64,000 bases of DNA, taken from the NCBI GenBank assembly GCA_026770705.1, contig JANJGN010000026.1, positions 35,216,001-35,280,000 of the forward strand, read 5' to 3'. Positions 10,904 to 23,499 of the stretch are shown here, piece by piece. Position 1 is the first letter of the stretch, and each line of letters starts with the position of its first letter. A model generated the notes under the pieces. It worked only from the letters and a program-made list of their open reading frames with translations. It did not search any database and was not told where the DNA came from. The position numbers and the translations under genes were made by a program. Source of the stretch: Isurus oxyrinchus (Eukaryota).

Positions 10904-13535
10904 CTGTGAACAAAAGAAAAGTCACTCACAAACTTAACGGTATTAAGACATTATAAAAAAAATCGTGAAATAAAGAAACTGACACAATATCAACTGCAAC
11001 CGGGCTTCAACTGAAAACAGGCCTTTGAGGGAATTTCTGTTCGTGACGATGAGGATGGGCAAAAGGCGGAACAATCAGGGTCTGATTTGCAGAGTGATGC
11101 TGGCTGCCGAGCCCAGGACCCTCAGTGGTGGGGAGGGGAGGACGAGGAGACGGGAGAGCTTTACATTCTCCTCGTACCGCGGGAGACTGATGGGCGACAT
11201 TCGCACCGATTGGACTGTTATGGGATGTTATCTGACGGAACTCACGGTGCCACTGAGCGATTGGTAGTTTCTCAAACCAGAGACCACTTGAACTGTCACA
11301 ACTCACGAATTTCTCTGCTTCCGGTGTATCAACGGGTTAAATCGTTTCATAAGATTTGTTCTCTGTTGTCTTTCTAACTGAAAAGACCCATTCGCCATTA
11401 TAGAATCATAGAGTCTTCCAGCAAAAAGAAGGGCAATTCGGCTCACCATCCATGTGCTGAATCTCTGGAAGAGTTATCCATTTACTCTTAATTATCTGCC
11501 AGTGGTCTGCAAGTTTTGTCTTCTTAAATTCCCTTTTACTGGACAAATATTTATCCATTTCCTCTTTAAATAATACTTAAAAATTCTGCCTCCATCACTG
11601 TTTCTCATGGACAATCATATCTTCTAACAGTGCACTGCTCAAACTACATAAATAATCGACACTCGATAACCTGAAATGACGGCATCCAGTTACCCACTGA
11701 GCGAAAAGCCGGATTAACGCTGTTCTTTTCTGACCTTTTAAAACCTTCCTGCATTGGACATAAGTCTGTCAGACCAGTTCTTAACATTCCCTCTCATGGT
11801 GAAAAGATCGCCAGTAGCTCAAGTATTTGTATTAGCATCCCTCGCCTTGCTTTATCTTTCTCACTCAGTCCTACACTCTGATTTTCAGGTTAACACCAAG
11901 CGAAAGAGGAGATCTGAAACTGGCCCAAGTGTTTGAACTGCGTTCTCAGCAATGATAAGTGCAGCTTTATCCTTGTCTTTTTGTGTTCTACATTCCACAT
12001 CCCTGTTTACAACCTCGGATTATTTAGCTCTTTAAAGCAATCAGCAGCTTGTTCCCCACGTTCAGCATTTGAATCCTGAATTATTTCTCGTCCTCTACTG
12101 GTTTAGATTAATATCTATTTCTTAGTTCCTCTCGCATTTCATTTACTTTACATTTTGTGTTTTTTTTTAGACAGACAGAAATGTTTGGTTGCACTTTGGA
12201 CCATTTTCTCATTTATTCTTCTGGCGTTCACTAATTGTCCTTTCTTTCCTCTATTTGCAGGAAGAGACCGAATGGGCAGACGCGCCACCTACTGGTTTTT
12301 CGAGTAAGTTTGGTAAGTCGAATCTGTCAAACTCGATATCAGATCCTGAAATGTCCTATTTTAAAAATTTACTTTACTGTGGAGGGATTAGCTGCTACGT
12401 GAGGCACTTAGCTGAAGTGGTAAATATGGTTAAATATTGTAGATATTGCCTTTTTATCTATTTCATTTGAAGAGAGAGTAAATGATAAAAATTATGTTTA
12501 ACTAACAATAAAAACATGCATCCTCGGTATATTCGGGCGTTGATGGTAATTCTGGTCCTTATTGTCCATCTGCAAGTGAACGCTCCAATGTCTGGACATC
12601 ACTACGTGACACTTCAAAAATGTCGCCCGCCTTGTTTGGTGTATCTCACTGAACACATGCCCCATGTGGGCAGAGAATTCAGTAGGGAAGTGAGCAATAC
12701 CAATGGGATGTTTAACATCCAGCCAACAAGGACACAAGTCAAAGGAAGCCCTGAATGAAAAGTAGCAAGGCGTAGTCGGACCATACTCCATGAACACCGT
12801 TTTTAGTTACCTCTGCCAAGTACGAATGAGGTTATTGAAGCTTGGCGGTAGTGCAGGGGTGATGCAGGAGGCTGATTCTTCAGTTTGAAGAGTTTGTGTT
12901 GAGAGGGAAAAAAAAACAGTTTTGTTAGCACTATTACCAACTGATTGTTGGTCGCACAGAGACTGAAAGCCGGATGAAAAAGCCTTCGCTTTAAATTACA
13001 GAGTCCAAAACCAGAGAATTTCTTTAGTAATAACTGGGGGGGAATTGTAGGGGTTCTGGGTTGCCTGGAAGAACAAATTAAGATGGGTTAAACGGCTGTT
13101 TCGTCCGCCAGTACCTTATGACATTGAAATTGATATGCGGCAGTGTTAACGCCAAAATCACGAATGAGCCTCTTGTGATGATGTGAGGCAAATTACCCTT
13201 CCACGGTTTATGCACTTTGCCAATTAAAGCAGCAGCAACCTCTTGTGTGGTGATCGACTGTGTCTATCTCTCTGTACGCGCTTTTGTGTAAATGTATATT
13301 TATCCGTCTGCATCTGTGCGGGTTTCCAACTTTCTCGGTGAGGCTTGTGCTGTCCGGCGGAGGGCGCTCTCTCATCACTTGATAATGATCAAGATCCCCA
13401 GCTACAGGAAGTGGCTGTTCAGCGAGATGCAAATGGAAAAAAATTCCCACTTATCTGCTCAGATCTCGGCGACGTTACAGTTTTATTTTCCCCCAGGTGA
13501 TTAAAGTTTCAGATTCTGGAGCTCAGGCTGGCACC

Positions 13536-13750
13536 ACGGAAGCGAAGTTCTGCCTATTTTTGGTTATTGCTCTGACCATTGGTCTGTGATATTGGGACTT
13601 CTCTACAATATTTCCCCATAACTGCATAATTTCCCAACTTCACCCCAAGGTGATTGCTTCGTTAAACCCGTTGTTTGTCCTCTGTTTATTATCAGAGATG
13701 GGTAACGGGGATTCAGTGTCCCATCCAAAGCCAGAAGTCGCGTCAGAATG
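13536..13750 (+). pseudogene. Truncated TCR V: leader plus FR1 stub
   Basis: (ACG)EAKFCLFLVIALTI G|gt at 13536-13581; acceptor at 13695; EMGNGDSVSHPKPEVASE*. The start codon is ACG rather than ATG. Confidence 0.6.
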
Positions 13751-14639
13751 ATACCTGGGAATTTACATAGAAAATACAGGAGAAAATACGTCCTGATCCT
13801 ATCGGGATTCTCTGGCTAATATCATTATTTTCAGAATAAGGAAAAGTGTAATTTCTCAATCATTTTAAATTACGGTCAAGTTCGCATATTTCAAACCGTA
13901 GTGTTAGCAGAGACCTGTAGATTTCGGAATGAATAACAGAATCAGTTGCTGCACGAGTCAGTTTTTGGGTGTGCTGCAAAGACTTCAGGTGATATTTTAA
14001 AAGATACCTCACCAGCCACAGTCATGCTCACTTAACCGTGCCCCTCAATCTCCTCCCGCTTTGATTGGTAATGGAGCTCATCAGCTGTGGCAGTTCTGAC
14101 AGGGAATCCGAACGATTGTCATTATTTTCCGCTTCAAATGTCAGCGAATAGAGAGCGCGGGGGATTGGATGAGGGGATAGAGAGAGAGGGGAAGAAAGAA
14201 AAACTACGTGTTAAACAGACAGAATAAGACCGAGATAAAGGGAGAAGCACTGAAAGAAGTCTGCTGAGAGAAAGATTCAAGAGAAACCCAAATGGTTAAG
14301 CAAAATGAGTGAAAGCACGACAGATAGAAAGATGGGGAGTGAGGGAGAAGAGAGAAAGAGAGAAAGAGAGAGCGATGGGGAGGAAGTGAAGGGGAGGAGG
14401 AGAGAGAGCTGCAAGCATAAAGTCAAAGGAAGATAGAGGAAGTGTTAACGAGATGGATTGACACCGAAGATTGGACAGACACAGTGAGTGAGAGACAAAC
14501 AGATAGACAGAGTCTCACTCATGCAGCTAGGCAAGGGGAAGTTTGGGCAAGAGACATCAATAATTGGCCCACAACTAGCACTGTTTGGCGTATATTTGTA
14601 GGCGGTTCTGGGAGACCAGCCAACCTTGACAAAGAGAAA

Positions 14640-15292
14640 AGCCCCAGAAACTGAACTGGACTAGCCATATAAATACAATGGCTACAAGGGGAGGTCAGAG
14701 GCTGGAATTGTGCGGCGAGTAATCCACCTCCTGGCTCCCCAAAGCCTGTACACCATTTATAGGTCACAAGTCAAAAGTGAGATGGAATACTCCCCACTTG
14801 CCTAGATAAGGGCTGCTCCCACAACACTCAAGACACTTGACACTGTCCAGGACAAAGTAGCCCGCTTTATTGGTACCACATGCACAAACATTCACTACCT
14901 CCACTACCAGCGCACAGTGTCAGCAGTGTGCATCATCTACAAGATGCGTTGCAGAAATTCCCCAAGGCTCATTCGACAGCCCATTCCAAATCCACGACCA
15001 CTGCCACCTAGAAGGACAAGGGCAGCATATTGAAGGGAACGCCACTAATTGGAAATATTCCTCCAAGTCACTCACCATCCTGACTTCGAAATATATCGCC
15101 GTTCCTTCATTGTCGCTGGGTACAAACGCTGGAATTCCCTCCCTAACAGCACTGTGGGTGTACCTACACCACATGGACTGCAGCGGTTCAAGAAGACAGC
15201 TCATCATCACCTTCTCAAGGACAAGTAGGGATGTGCAATAAAGGCGGACCCAGCCAGCGACACCCACATCCCATGAAAGGATAGAAAAAAGT
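14640..15292 (+). mobile_element. L2/CR1-group LINE 3' portion (second family)
   Basis: RT C-terminal region (IYKxQVxSxMEYSPLA-like) ending gccagcgacacccacatcccatgaaaggatagaaaaaa; further copies at 18745-19075 and 32215-32570. Confidence 0.8.
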
Positions 15293-15404
15293 TCTCACAA
15301 TAAGCATATACCCCTTTCTCTGAATGTACTTGTTAATGTCAGAGCGGAAGAGTCATCCGATTTAATAAATCTATTATTCTCTAGCATTGTATACACGAGG
15401 CATC

Positions 15405-15867
15405 ATGTGCTCCCCATATTTGTTATTGACAAGAATAGCCGTTCTACCTGTTGTTAAATGACGAGTTTCTGTTCTATTAGTTATACTTACTCGCAGAATT
15501 CTGAAATTTTTTGTGTTTTTGTTACAGGAACGAGTGGCAAAAATTTAGTGGCTCAGGAACCGCCAAAATTAACGGTTCAAGAAGGACAGACCCTGATATT
15601 AACTGCAGATGTTCCACGTTCTGTCGTAATTCCTATCTCTACTGATATGTCCAGTATCCCGGGGCAGTTCCTCGGTATTTAATGAAGAGCTTCGGGAAGG
15701 GACGGAGAGATAATTCTCGAGATTACCTCGACCTGTTCTCTGCTGTTTTAGGCAGACAAAAAAACTGATGCTGAACAGTTCCCAGTTCTCTAGTTTCTGT
15801 CTCTACCGTCTATCTCTGTGCGCTGAGCCTCTGTGTTAGCGAGACGCTGTCAGACCGCACAAGAAGC
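15405..15867 (+). pseudogene. TCR V pseudogene with degenerate 23-RSS
   Basis: Leader MCSPYLLLTRIAVLP; acceptor at 15527; GTSGKNLVAQEPPKLTVQEGQTLI-fs-NC...LY*YVQYPGQ..RYLM...VYLCALS. RSS ctctgtg (15829-35), 23-bp spacer, acaagaagc (15859-67). Confidence 0.8.
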
Positions 15868-16224
15868 CACAGAAAACTCTCACTTTTTTTTCATTGAATC
15901 AGTTTTGACCCTGAACTGTTAACGGAACAGAAACCAAAGTAAAGACTAGTTATGTGAAATTGCACATTTCTGTGTTGCAGACGCCATTATTGTCCATCTG
16001 TTTAATATTCCAATTAATATCAGCTGTGCGAATTTCCCATGGTCAGTGAGCAGTTCTTTTAATGCGAGTCTCCGGCATTGTGGACAACATTAAAGAGAAC
16101 ATTAACTATTCCCCCTCACTGCCACCACTTCACACTGACTCTGCGAGTGAACCAGAATTCAGTTCAATCCTCGGCTCAGTCCCCTTGGGGGGGACGAAGA
16201 CTTCGCTGATTTGCTGCACCACGC

Positions 16225-16295
16225 TCTGACGCAAACAACGTGTGTGCAGCTGATTGGACACCACTTCTTGAGACTTTCAGAAATTAACCAATGGC
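16225..16295 (+). promoter_or_regulatory. Candidate V promoter: CRE half-site plus two CCAAT boxes
   Basis: tgacgca...gctgattgg...aaccaat; the same layout is kept upstream of the inverted paralog (26030-26120). Confidence 0.5.
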
Positions 16296-16395
16296 TGAAG
16301 AGACCGAGTACAAATGAAAATCATCCCAACCCTTCACTGAAACATTTACAGATTCAACCTGTCCTGTTTCAATCCGCCATTAGCTCGCTGTAAAT

Positions 16396-16911
16396 ATGTT
16401 GGGTTTTATTTTTTATTCATTTCTCACAGTTGCAGCTCTCTTACCCGGTAAGTCTACTAGTTATAGGATTTCCTCTTGCAGGTAACATTAATATTTTTTT
16501 AAAATTCAGTCTTATTCCTATTTAGAATGTGTTCCCTCACTTAACCTAATAAACTGGGATAACGTAATAAAATCTTAAAGTTCCTTAATTTTTAATTTCT
16601 GCAGGAGTAAGTGGTGCAGACTCGGTCTCACGTGGGTCAGATGCAGAGATGCAGTTTGAAGGAAACTCGCTGACCATTCATTACAGCTATTCCACCATTG
16701 CTACTAGATATTCCTTACAGTTATACTGTCAGCACTGGGGTAAAGCCCCCACATTCTTAATCTACATCCCGAATTATGCAAATGTTTTCAGGGCAAGGGA
16801 CGTGGGGACTCGATTTTCTGGATCTCTCGACACTTCGAAAAGTGAGGGGAATTTCACCATCAGTGACCTGCGGCTGTCTGACAGCCCGGTGTATTACTGC
16901 GGACTGAGAGA
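16396..16911 (+). CDS. Intact TCR alpha/delta-type V segment (leader 16396-16447, V exon 16605-16911), non-canonical: Cys23 to Tyr, Trp41 to Leu
   Basis: MLGFIFYSFLTVAALLP G|gtaag...ag|GVSGADSVSRGSDAEMQFEGNSLTIHYSYSTIATRYSLQLYCQHWGKAPTFLIYIP...RFSGSLDTSKSEGNFTISDLRLSDSPVYYCGLRD, with no stops. Confidence 0.85.
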
Positions 16912-16950
16912 CACAGTGACAGGGACCAGAAGGGGCGCCGTACAAAAACA
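16912..16950 (+). other. 23-RSS (CACAGTG-23-ACAAAAACA)
   Basis: Heptamer 16912-16918, spacer 16919-16941, nonamer 16942-16950. Confidence 0.95.
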
Positions 16951-17712
16951 GTGCTGCAATATTTCAAAGTGAATTGAGCAGCGGACTGTGTAGCGATATA
17001 CAGGGAATGCACGTTCTTCTCCAAGTAAAGCCACCAGGCAATCTGTTCACAAGGCAACTCCCATCAACTCTGAGTAGGTCAGTTCAAATGCAGAATTCAT
17101 CCACTCGAAAATTCAGCAGGAGAATCTCTGTGCAGATCTTTTTGGTAACCCGACCTGTTAATGTCTGATACATAGGAAATTTCTCTTGTTTATTGCCCGT
17201 GTATTTTCACGCTCTATTTAGTGTGCCACTAACACAAGAATTACAAGTTACGATCTACTCGTTGTGTGAACGCAGTAGAATGCTGATTAAACCCGACTTC
17301 ATCACAGTCAACGAACTCAGTCTAATTTGTGATTATGAGTGAAATAACTAAAAATCTCCATCTACATTCACATTGGTTTAGTTTGTATATCATTTTCTGT
17401 AGCATTGTTTGCGAAATTTCACCGTTAGTTCAGTTCAGTTGAACTTTTAATCTCTAATTTCTGTTTTCTTTAACCGTGCGTTCCAGATCTGAGCGATGCA
17501 GATTCTATTATTCAGCAGGAATCCTCAATCTGCAGTTTGTTCTCTCGGTCGCTGCTGGAAACTGTTGGCTGACTGTCTGATTCGAGGTGAACGTGGTTTC
17601 CTCTCGGTTTGTGCTTGAGCGGTTGATAGCACAGCTGAACATTGTGGTTGCATCTGCCCGGGATTCTACAAATAAACACAAATGGACAGGAGGTCCGAGT
17701 CACAGTTCAAAG

Positions 17713-18196
17713 AGAGTTTGTTCGCAGGTGTGAGACTGTTTTCCATCGTTAACAGAGAAGCAGTACACGACAGCATCAGTCAACTGCAGATCTGAATTGG
17801 ATAAAATAGTGAATTTCGCGAAGGTCTGGAGCTTGACTGAGAAACGGATTTGGGCAAAACCTGTTTTATCTTCATAATCGCTCGTAGATTTCAGCAATAT
17901 AAACTGGAGCTGGGCGCCTAGATGTTGCCTGTACCAGTATAGCCAATAGCTGCTTTGTGTCAGATATTAACTGCAGCTTAAAGTCACTGCTTCCTCTTTT
18001 GCCTTTGCATCTGAGGACAGCGGTTCTTACAGAATTTCCATGAATTAGATGTGAACAACATGCTGAAACAGAAAAAAAAAAATCAGAACATTTAAAAGCT
18101 GTGTGGGAAATGAGAAAAATAAAGATGAAATGTGCGTTGTCCAAAATTACCTGTCAGAAATGGTCCCCACACAAGCCAGATGTTGAGTAGTTGCAT
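17713..18196 (-). pseudogene. TCR V pseudogene
   Basis: Leader MQLLNIWLVWGPFLT G|gtaatt (18196-18151); EEAVTLSCS*..YWLYWYRQHLG..QFILLKS...GFAQIRFSVKLQT...LQLTDAVVYCFSV with frameshifts; degenerate RSS ending acaaactct. Confidence 0.85.
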
Positions 18197-18744
18197 TGTC
18201 GCTGTCCGCTCTGTAAAAGGGGAGTTGGATATTTAAAGACACTCGTTTTAATCCCCCAATCTCAATAATCTGCTTTCGTGTCTCCGGATGTTCTCACCTC
18301 ACTTCCTTCAGTCTCCAGTGGTGCTGTGAGAGGTAGGTGGTGAGCTAGCCCTCAGTGAATGTAAACACCCAGAACTGGACTATGGTCAGTGTTTTTACAG
18401 GGGGAATGGCTCATCTTTAGAGACCGAGGGTGGTGTTCTGGCTGTCAGTGAATTTAATCACCCAGGGCGATATTTAGTGCCCCTAATGGGGGAATGGTTC
18501 TGCTTTAGGGACCAGCGTAACAGTGGCTGATTATTTAACCAGGAAACACAAGGTTGACCTGTCCGGGACGAGCGTCAGAACAGTGACCCACTGACATTTC
18601 CCTCAAGCATCGGTTAACTATTGAGCTAAGGACGATTCTGTGTTTTGTCTCAGTGATTTTGAGAACCGTGTTATTATAAAGGTGATAGCTATTATTAGTG
18701 AACAGGTAATTGAACAAACCTAGAGAAACAATCCGAGAGGAATT

Positions 18745-19075
18745 CACCAAGGCTTCTTCGACAGCAATTTCCAAACCCATGACCACTACCATCTGGAAGG
18801 ACAAGGGCAGTAGATAGATGGGAATATCACCACCTAGAGATCCCCCTCCGAGTCATTGATCATTCTGACTTGGAAATATGGCACTGTTCTTTCACTGTCG
18901 CTGGATCAAAATCCTGGAACTCTCTCCCTAACAACACAGTGGGTGTGTCTACACCATGCGGTCAGCAGCGGTTAAAGAAGGCAGCTCACCACCGAATTCT
19001 CAAGGGCAATTAGGGAAGGGCAATAAATGCTGGTCCAGCCAGTGAAGTCCACATCCCGTGAATGAATAAAAAAAC
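18745..19075 (+). mobile_element. LINE 3' end (same family as 14640-15292)
   Basis: Near-collinear with 14960-15290; ends cacatcccgtgaatgaataaaaaaa. Confidence 0.8.
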
Positions 19076-21331
19076 AGCTATCCCTATATTTTAAACAATA
19101 TTTCGAGCACTGATCCCTGCTGTTGTTTATGTAAACTTTTGTGTAAACCTCAGTCGTGAATTCTGTCCAGCTTTGTGCAAGTAAGGATATATTTAAACAG
19201 CCATAACTTTCAGACTTCGGGCTTGCAAATAGGGAGAAAAGAGATTATGTCACATCGACTGTCTGCAGCCAGTTACAGAAGGCAGAATGCTCCGGGCGGG
19301 TCAAAGCTCCCAGGGGGAGGTGCAGGGTGCATACTCATTAAAAAGTACTTGAAACCCACTGTGCATAACATTCCGTACTTACAACTGTCAATCAGATTAG
19401 AAAAGGAGTTGGGCAGAGAGAAACAAAATAAAACGGTTTTGAATTGTCCTTCACTCCTTTAACATCGATCCCCACCCTCGGTACAGTGAATGGCTTCAGA
19501 AATCACATCTCATCACATATTTCCTTCATATTTTAATATCCCTTTCCCCTTCTTCAGAAATATCACCTCAGGGTGTAATATTCCATTCCTCCTCTTCAGA
19601 AATCCCAATTCAGGTGTATCTTTCCTTCATATTTTAATATCCCTTTCCCTATCCTCCATACTTTTCACTCACTTGCTTTGCTCAGTGATTAACTTCAGAT
19701 TTTAATCCGTCGTTATGACTTCCTGAGGATCATTAAGGAAGAGCTGCTATTGAGGTAGAAGCAGAGATAGATTGCTGACTGTGATTGATGTACTTTGAAA
19801 ATACATTGAGAATTAAACTTGGGGTATCCGGCCCTCACCATGGACCTGTCTTAATGCAAGACAAACATGCAAAAGTTTCAATAGCTTCATTTTCCAACCT
19901 AGCCTTCTTACACCAGAATAGTCACATGAAGATAAAAAGGTGAATGTCCCAATTGGATACGTCATATTTCAAGACAGTGGTTAGAATCATAAAATGATGG
20001 AGCGGTGACAGCACAGAGGAAGACCATTCATCCCATTTTATCCGTGCCGAACTTCTGTGAGAGCAGCTAAGCCAGAATACCTGCCTTCCACCCACAATCC
20101 TGCAAATCGTTTCAGAAATTCCAGCAAGATCAGTTCTCTGGAAAATCTTTTCTTATTGTTGATCGATTCGCTTTTTGATCTTTTAATTTTCCAGAGTACG
20201 GCTAACGCGACTGCCTCCTATCTGTTTGTTCTCCGGCATCTAACCAGGTGGCCGACGTGTTCCTCAACAACACATCCGATAATCGGGCTGGTTGCAGTTT
20301 GCAAAGGTCAAAAGCGATTGGTGACAAATCACTTTGGTGGCGCAGTCAGGTCCTCGCGATCTGGCCTGAAATCAAACTTCACCCACTGCTGCTCTGTGTG
20401 GAAATCTGCCCAGACAAAGTGGTTCCAGACCTACCTTTCTCGAGGAAGGTGACTGGACTGAGCAATGAGTCAGAAAGTTCACCTTTTAAGGCACTCGGGA
20501 CTAGTGAATTCAAGGGAGACGTCAGCGTTATTGCTGCCGGTGAATGGATCCACCCAGCCGAGGGGGGCGTGGGGTTGTGGGGGGGTGGGGCTGTAATACA
20601 AACAATTAATGCAGCTGAAACAAAATGTAAAATTGCCTTAATTATTGAAAAGTAAGAAGGTAGAGTAGAGAACATATAGACCTGCTGGTGTTACTATAAT
20701 AACTGCAGATGAATGTGAAAGAGATCAGAGGGTCGAGCGGGTTCCGATTTGCAGGGCATGCAGTCAAGAATACCTTGCATACTGACAGTAGGAGATATCT
20801 TTTCACCATACCTTGACATTGGCAGCGTTAAAAGGATATCATATCTGTGGTCGCTGTTCAACTGCAGCATTTACCTAGACAGCGCATGGACAAAACAAGT
20901 GTGAGAAAGTTGCTTCAACAATAATATGCTCATTGAAAATGATATAACTCCACCTCTCCATGAGAACCATGTTAGTTCCAGGTTCACGAAATGAATTCCA
21001 ATGTTGTTATATAGTTGCAAATCCCTTCACCATTGAGCTCGGGTTGAAGTATGCGGGTGAAAGCAGATCTTGGATGACCAGAAAAATCCCAACCCAATCC
21101 GAATTATAATCCATTGTCATAGCAAATGTACTTAATTCAAAACTGTCAACTTGAGGTAACTACCTTATTTGTATTAAAGTAAGGTATGAAATTTTTAGCA
21201 TGATCAAAGATAGAATATTATGAATTCAAACCGAAGGACTGAAAATATTTTATTTTGTGAATTTAGATGGAAGCAAATGCCAGTCCGCATTCTTTGGGAC
21301 AACATGACCTGTGGTAGACACAGCGACCCGG

Positions 21332-21349
21332 CACCGCCACCTGGTGGTC
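21332..21349 (-). promoter_or_regulatory. Candidate CTCF site
   Basis: Reverse complement GACCACCAGGTGGCGGTG matches the CCASYAGRKGGCRS core. Confidence 0.5.
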
Positions 21350-21794
21350 TGGTTTAAATGGTCACCTTTGAGAGGATCACAGAGACCATTGCTCACGATT
21401 TGTGTTCTTTCTGTTTCCATTATTCGGTCTGATTCAGGATAATGAAACGGACGCTCCTCCCACCTTCCAACAAAGCTGAGCGAGAAATACTTCACTCTGT
21501 GAAGTGAAGCCCCAGAAGCCTGTTCCTAGCGGGTACAGTGTTCTTGTGTTCGTTAAGATTGATGCACAACAGCACTAACTTCTCCAGAAGCAGTTACCCT
21601 GACCTGGATCTGCCGACAATTAATTTACCGAAGTTGATAGGACACGACATGAAGCTTAGCTTCATTTTATTGGTGGCCTCTCTGGATTTCTCACTCTATC
21701 CTCCACGTGATTGCGGCACACAACATTAGATACAATATAACTATAATATCGTATATAGTGCAATATATATTGCCACAACATAATATATATTATT

Positions 21795-22060
21795 CGTTTA
21801 TGGGGTGTGGGCGTCGCTGGCCGGGCCACCATTTATTACCCATCCCTCCCTAGTTGACCTTGTTCAGAGTGTATTTAAGCGTTAACCACGTTGCTGTGGG
21901 ACTGGAGTCACATGTTGGCCAGACCAAATAAGGATGGCAGATTTCCTCCCCTAAAGAGTATAAATGAACCAGATGGGTTTTTACGACAACCGACAGTGGT
22001 TTCATGGTCATATTCCCAGATTTGTATTGAATTCAAATTTCAGGATTTGTCGGGGTTCGA
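21795..22060 (-). mobile_element. tRNA-derived SINE with LINE-derived 3' tail
   Basis: Reverse complement matches 60395-60730; tail gccagcgacgcccacac is shared with the LINE at 15250-15290. Confidence 0.8.
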
Positions 22061-22239
22061 ATTATATATATGTATATATATGTAGATATATATAAAAATA
22101 TAATTATGCTATATTCTGTTGGATTGCATTTTCCTGTATTCTATCAACATGTATTTTGTTATTTTGTATTTTATTGTTGTATGTTATAAGGAATTGCGTT
22201 ATATTTTACTAATTATGTGCCATTATATCTAATGTAACT

Positions 22240-22495
22240 GGCAGTGATGGAACATGACAGTAAGCGGTTGTTGCAGAAGGGGACATTGTAACATTGACGT
22301 GTTTTATCACAGTAGCAGGGCGGATCCTACAATGGTACAGACAATATCCGGACTAAACAGTGCAGCACCTGGCGAGAAGTACCAGCGATCGGAAAAGGAT
22401 CAAAGTTTGGCCCAATTTAGCATAGTGAAGTGCTCTGAATGTTAGCAACACTTCAGTGACAGACGGTGCCACCTATTTCTGTTCGTTTGAGACAG
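22240..22495 (+). pseudogene. TCR V pseudogene (no leader seen)
   Basis: AVVAEGDIVTLTCFITVAGRILQWYRQYPD*TVQHLA...**SALNVSNTSVTDGATYFCSFET; C23, W41 and C104 retained, several stops. Confidence 0.8.
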
Positions 22496-22734
22496 AAGGT
22501 GTTACCTCGCAATAAGGATCATAGAAAGGCCTTCTGAGGGAGAGGGTGACAATTTGTAGCCTCTGCCCTCATTAAAGAACTGGGAATTTGATAACAATCT
22601 GACTGGAAAAGGGCCCTCAGTCCCCTAATAAGTGAATACTGCCCAGATCAGAATTCACACTATAAGATCAGACCAGAAGGTTCAACATCCGTTTAATATT
22701 CATTTATGTCCTGTCAAAATGGAAATAAGACACC

Positions 22735-23270
22735 ATGTGCCTCCCATGTTCCTTCTGAAAATGTGTTCAGTGGGCCAGTGTTGAAATAATCATTGGGTAT
22801 TTCATGTTTAAGTCTAGTCCTAAACTTTGGCGCATTCTGTGCTTTGTTACAGGCAAGAGGGAGAGAGAGAGTGAGAGTTCCTGCATCCCTCTGGGTTAAC
22901 GGTCTGGAAGAAAAGATAATGATGTTAGGCTGCAGTTACTGCATACCTGATAACTTTCTCTAGCTCTGCTGACACATTAATATTCCGGGTGAGATTCGAG
23001 GTATTTACTGAGGAGGTGTAGCTCGAAACATTGAGTTAGATCTCAATATTTCCATCCAAGCTCCCTGTTGACGTAGGAAAGGACCAAGAGAGTAATACAA
23101 CAATTTGAGAAATAAACCTACCAATCTTTCTCCATGGGCTTCCTCGGGATCAAATTCCCCACCGGTAAAAGCGCAAAAGAACACTTGACAGTGTTGTGAG
23201 TAGTCGCTCAGGATTTTATACGGCGACTTGGCTGTTATCTGACGCTGTGTTTCACTGCGCCATAATAGAC
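22735..23270 (+). pseudogene. Degenerate TCR V (family of 15405)
   Basis: Leader atgtgcctcccatg..., acceptor ttgttacag at 22851, MMLGCSY...RYLLRR, and after an insertion SDAVFHCA. Confidence 0.5.
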
Positions 23271-23499
23271 CGCGCTGGCCTTCATACTCAGACCGCTTTT
23301 TTTGAGGTAACCAGACTTTGTAGACCTGTCAGCAGCCACCAGATATTGTCCTGAGATTTTTGCCTTCTTTCAGCACCACTGTTCTGCTGATTATCCAGCC
23401 TGGAGGATGTGTTGGTTTCTGCTGTTACCATTGCCTGTAGTAAATATCCATGGTTTTTTATTCACAATATAACTACACCGAACCTCCATCTAATATGAC

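Noticed and set aside
12500-13200. Possible further V relics on the minus strand (TEDACFYC near 12510; nonamer-like near 12920)
   Set aside because: Only isolated motifs; no collinear C/W/C framework could be reconstructed by eye.
17500-17675. V-like scraps (ESRADA..., LQIEDS) on the minus strand; similar scraps at 20700-20870, 26830-26870 and 30915-31040
   Set aside because: Too fragmentary to call without a profile search.
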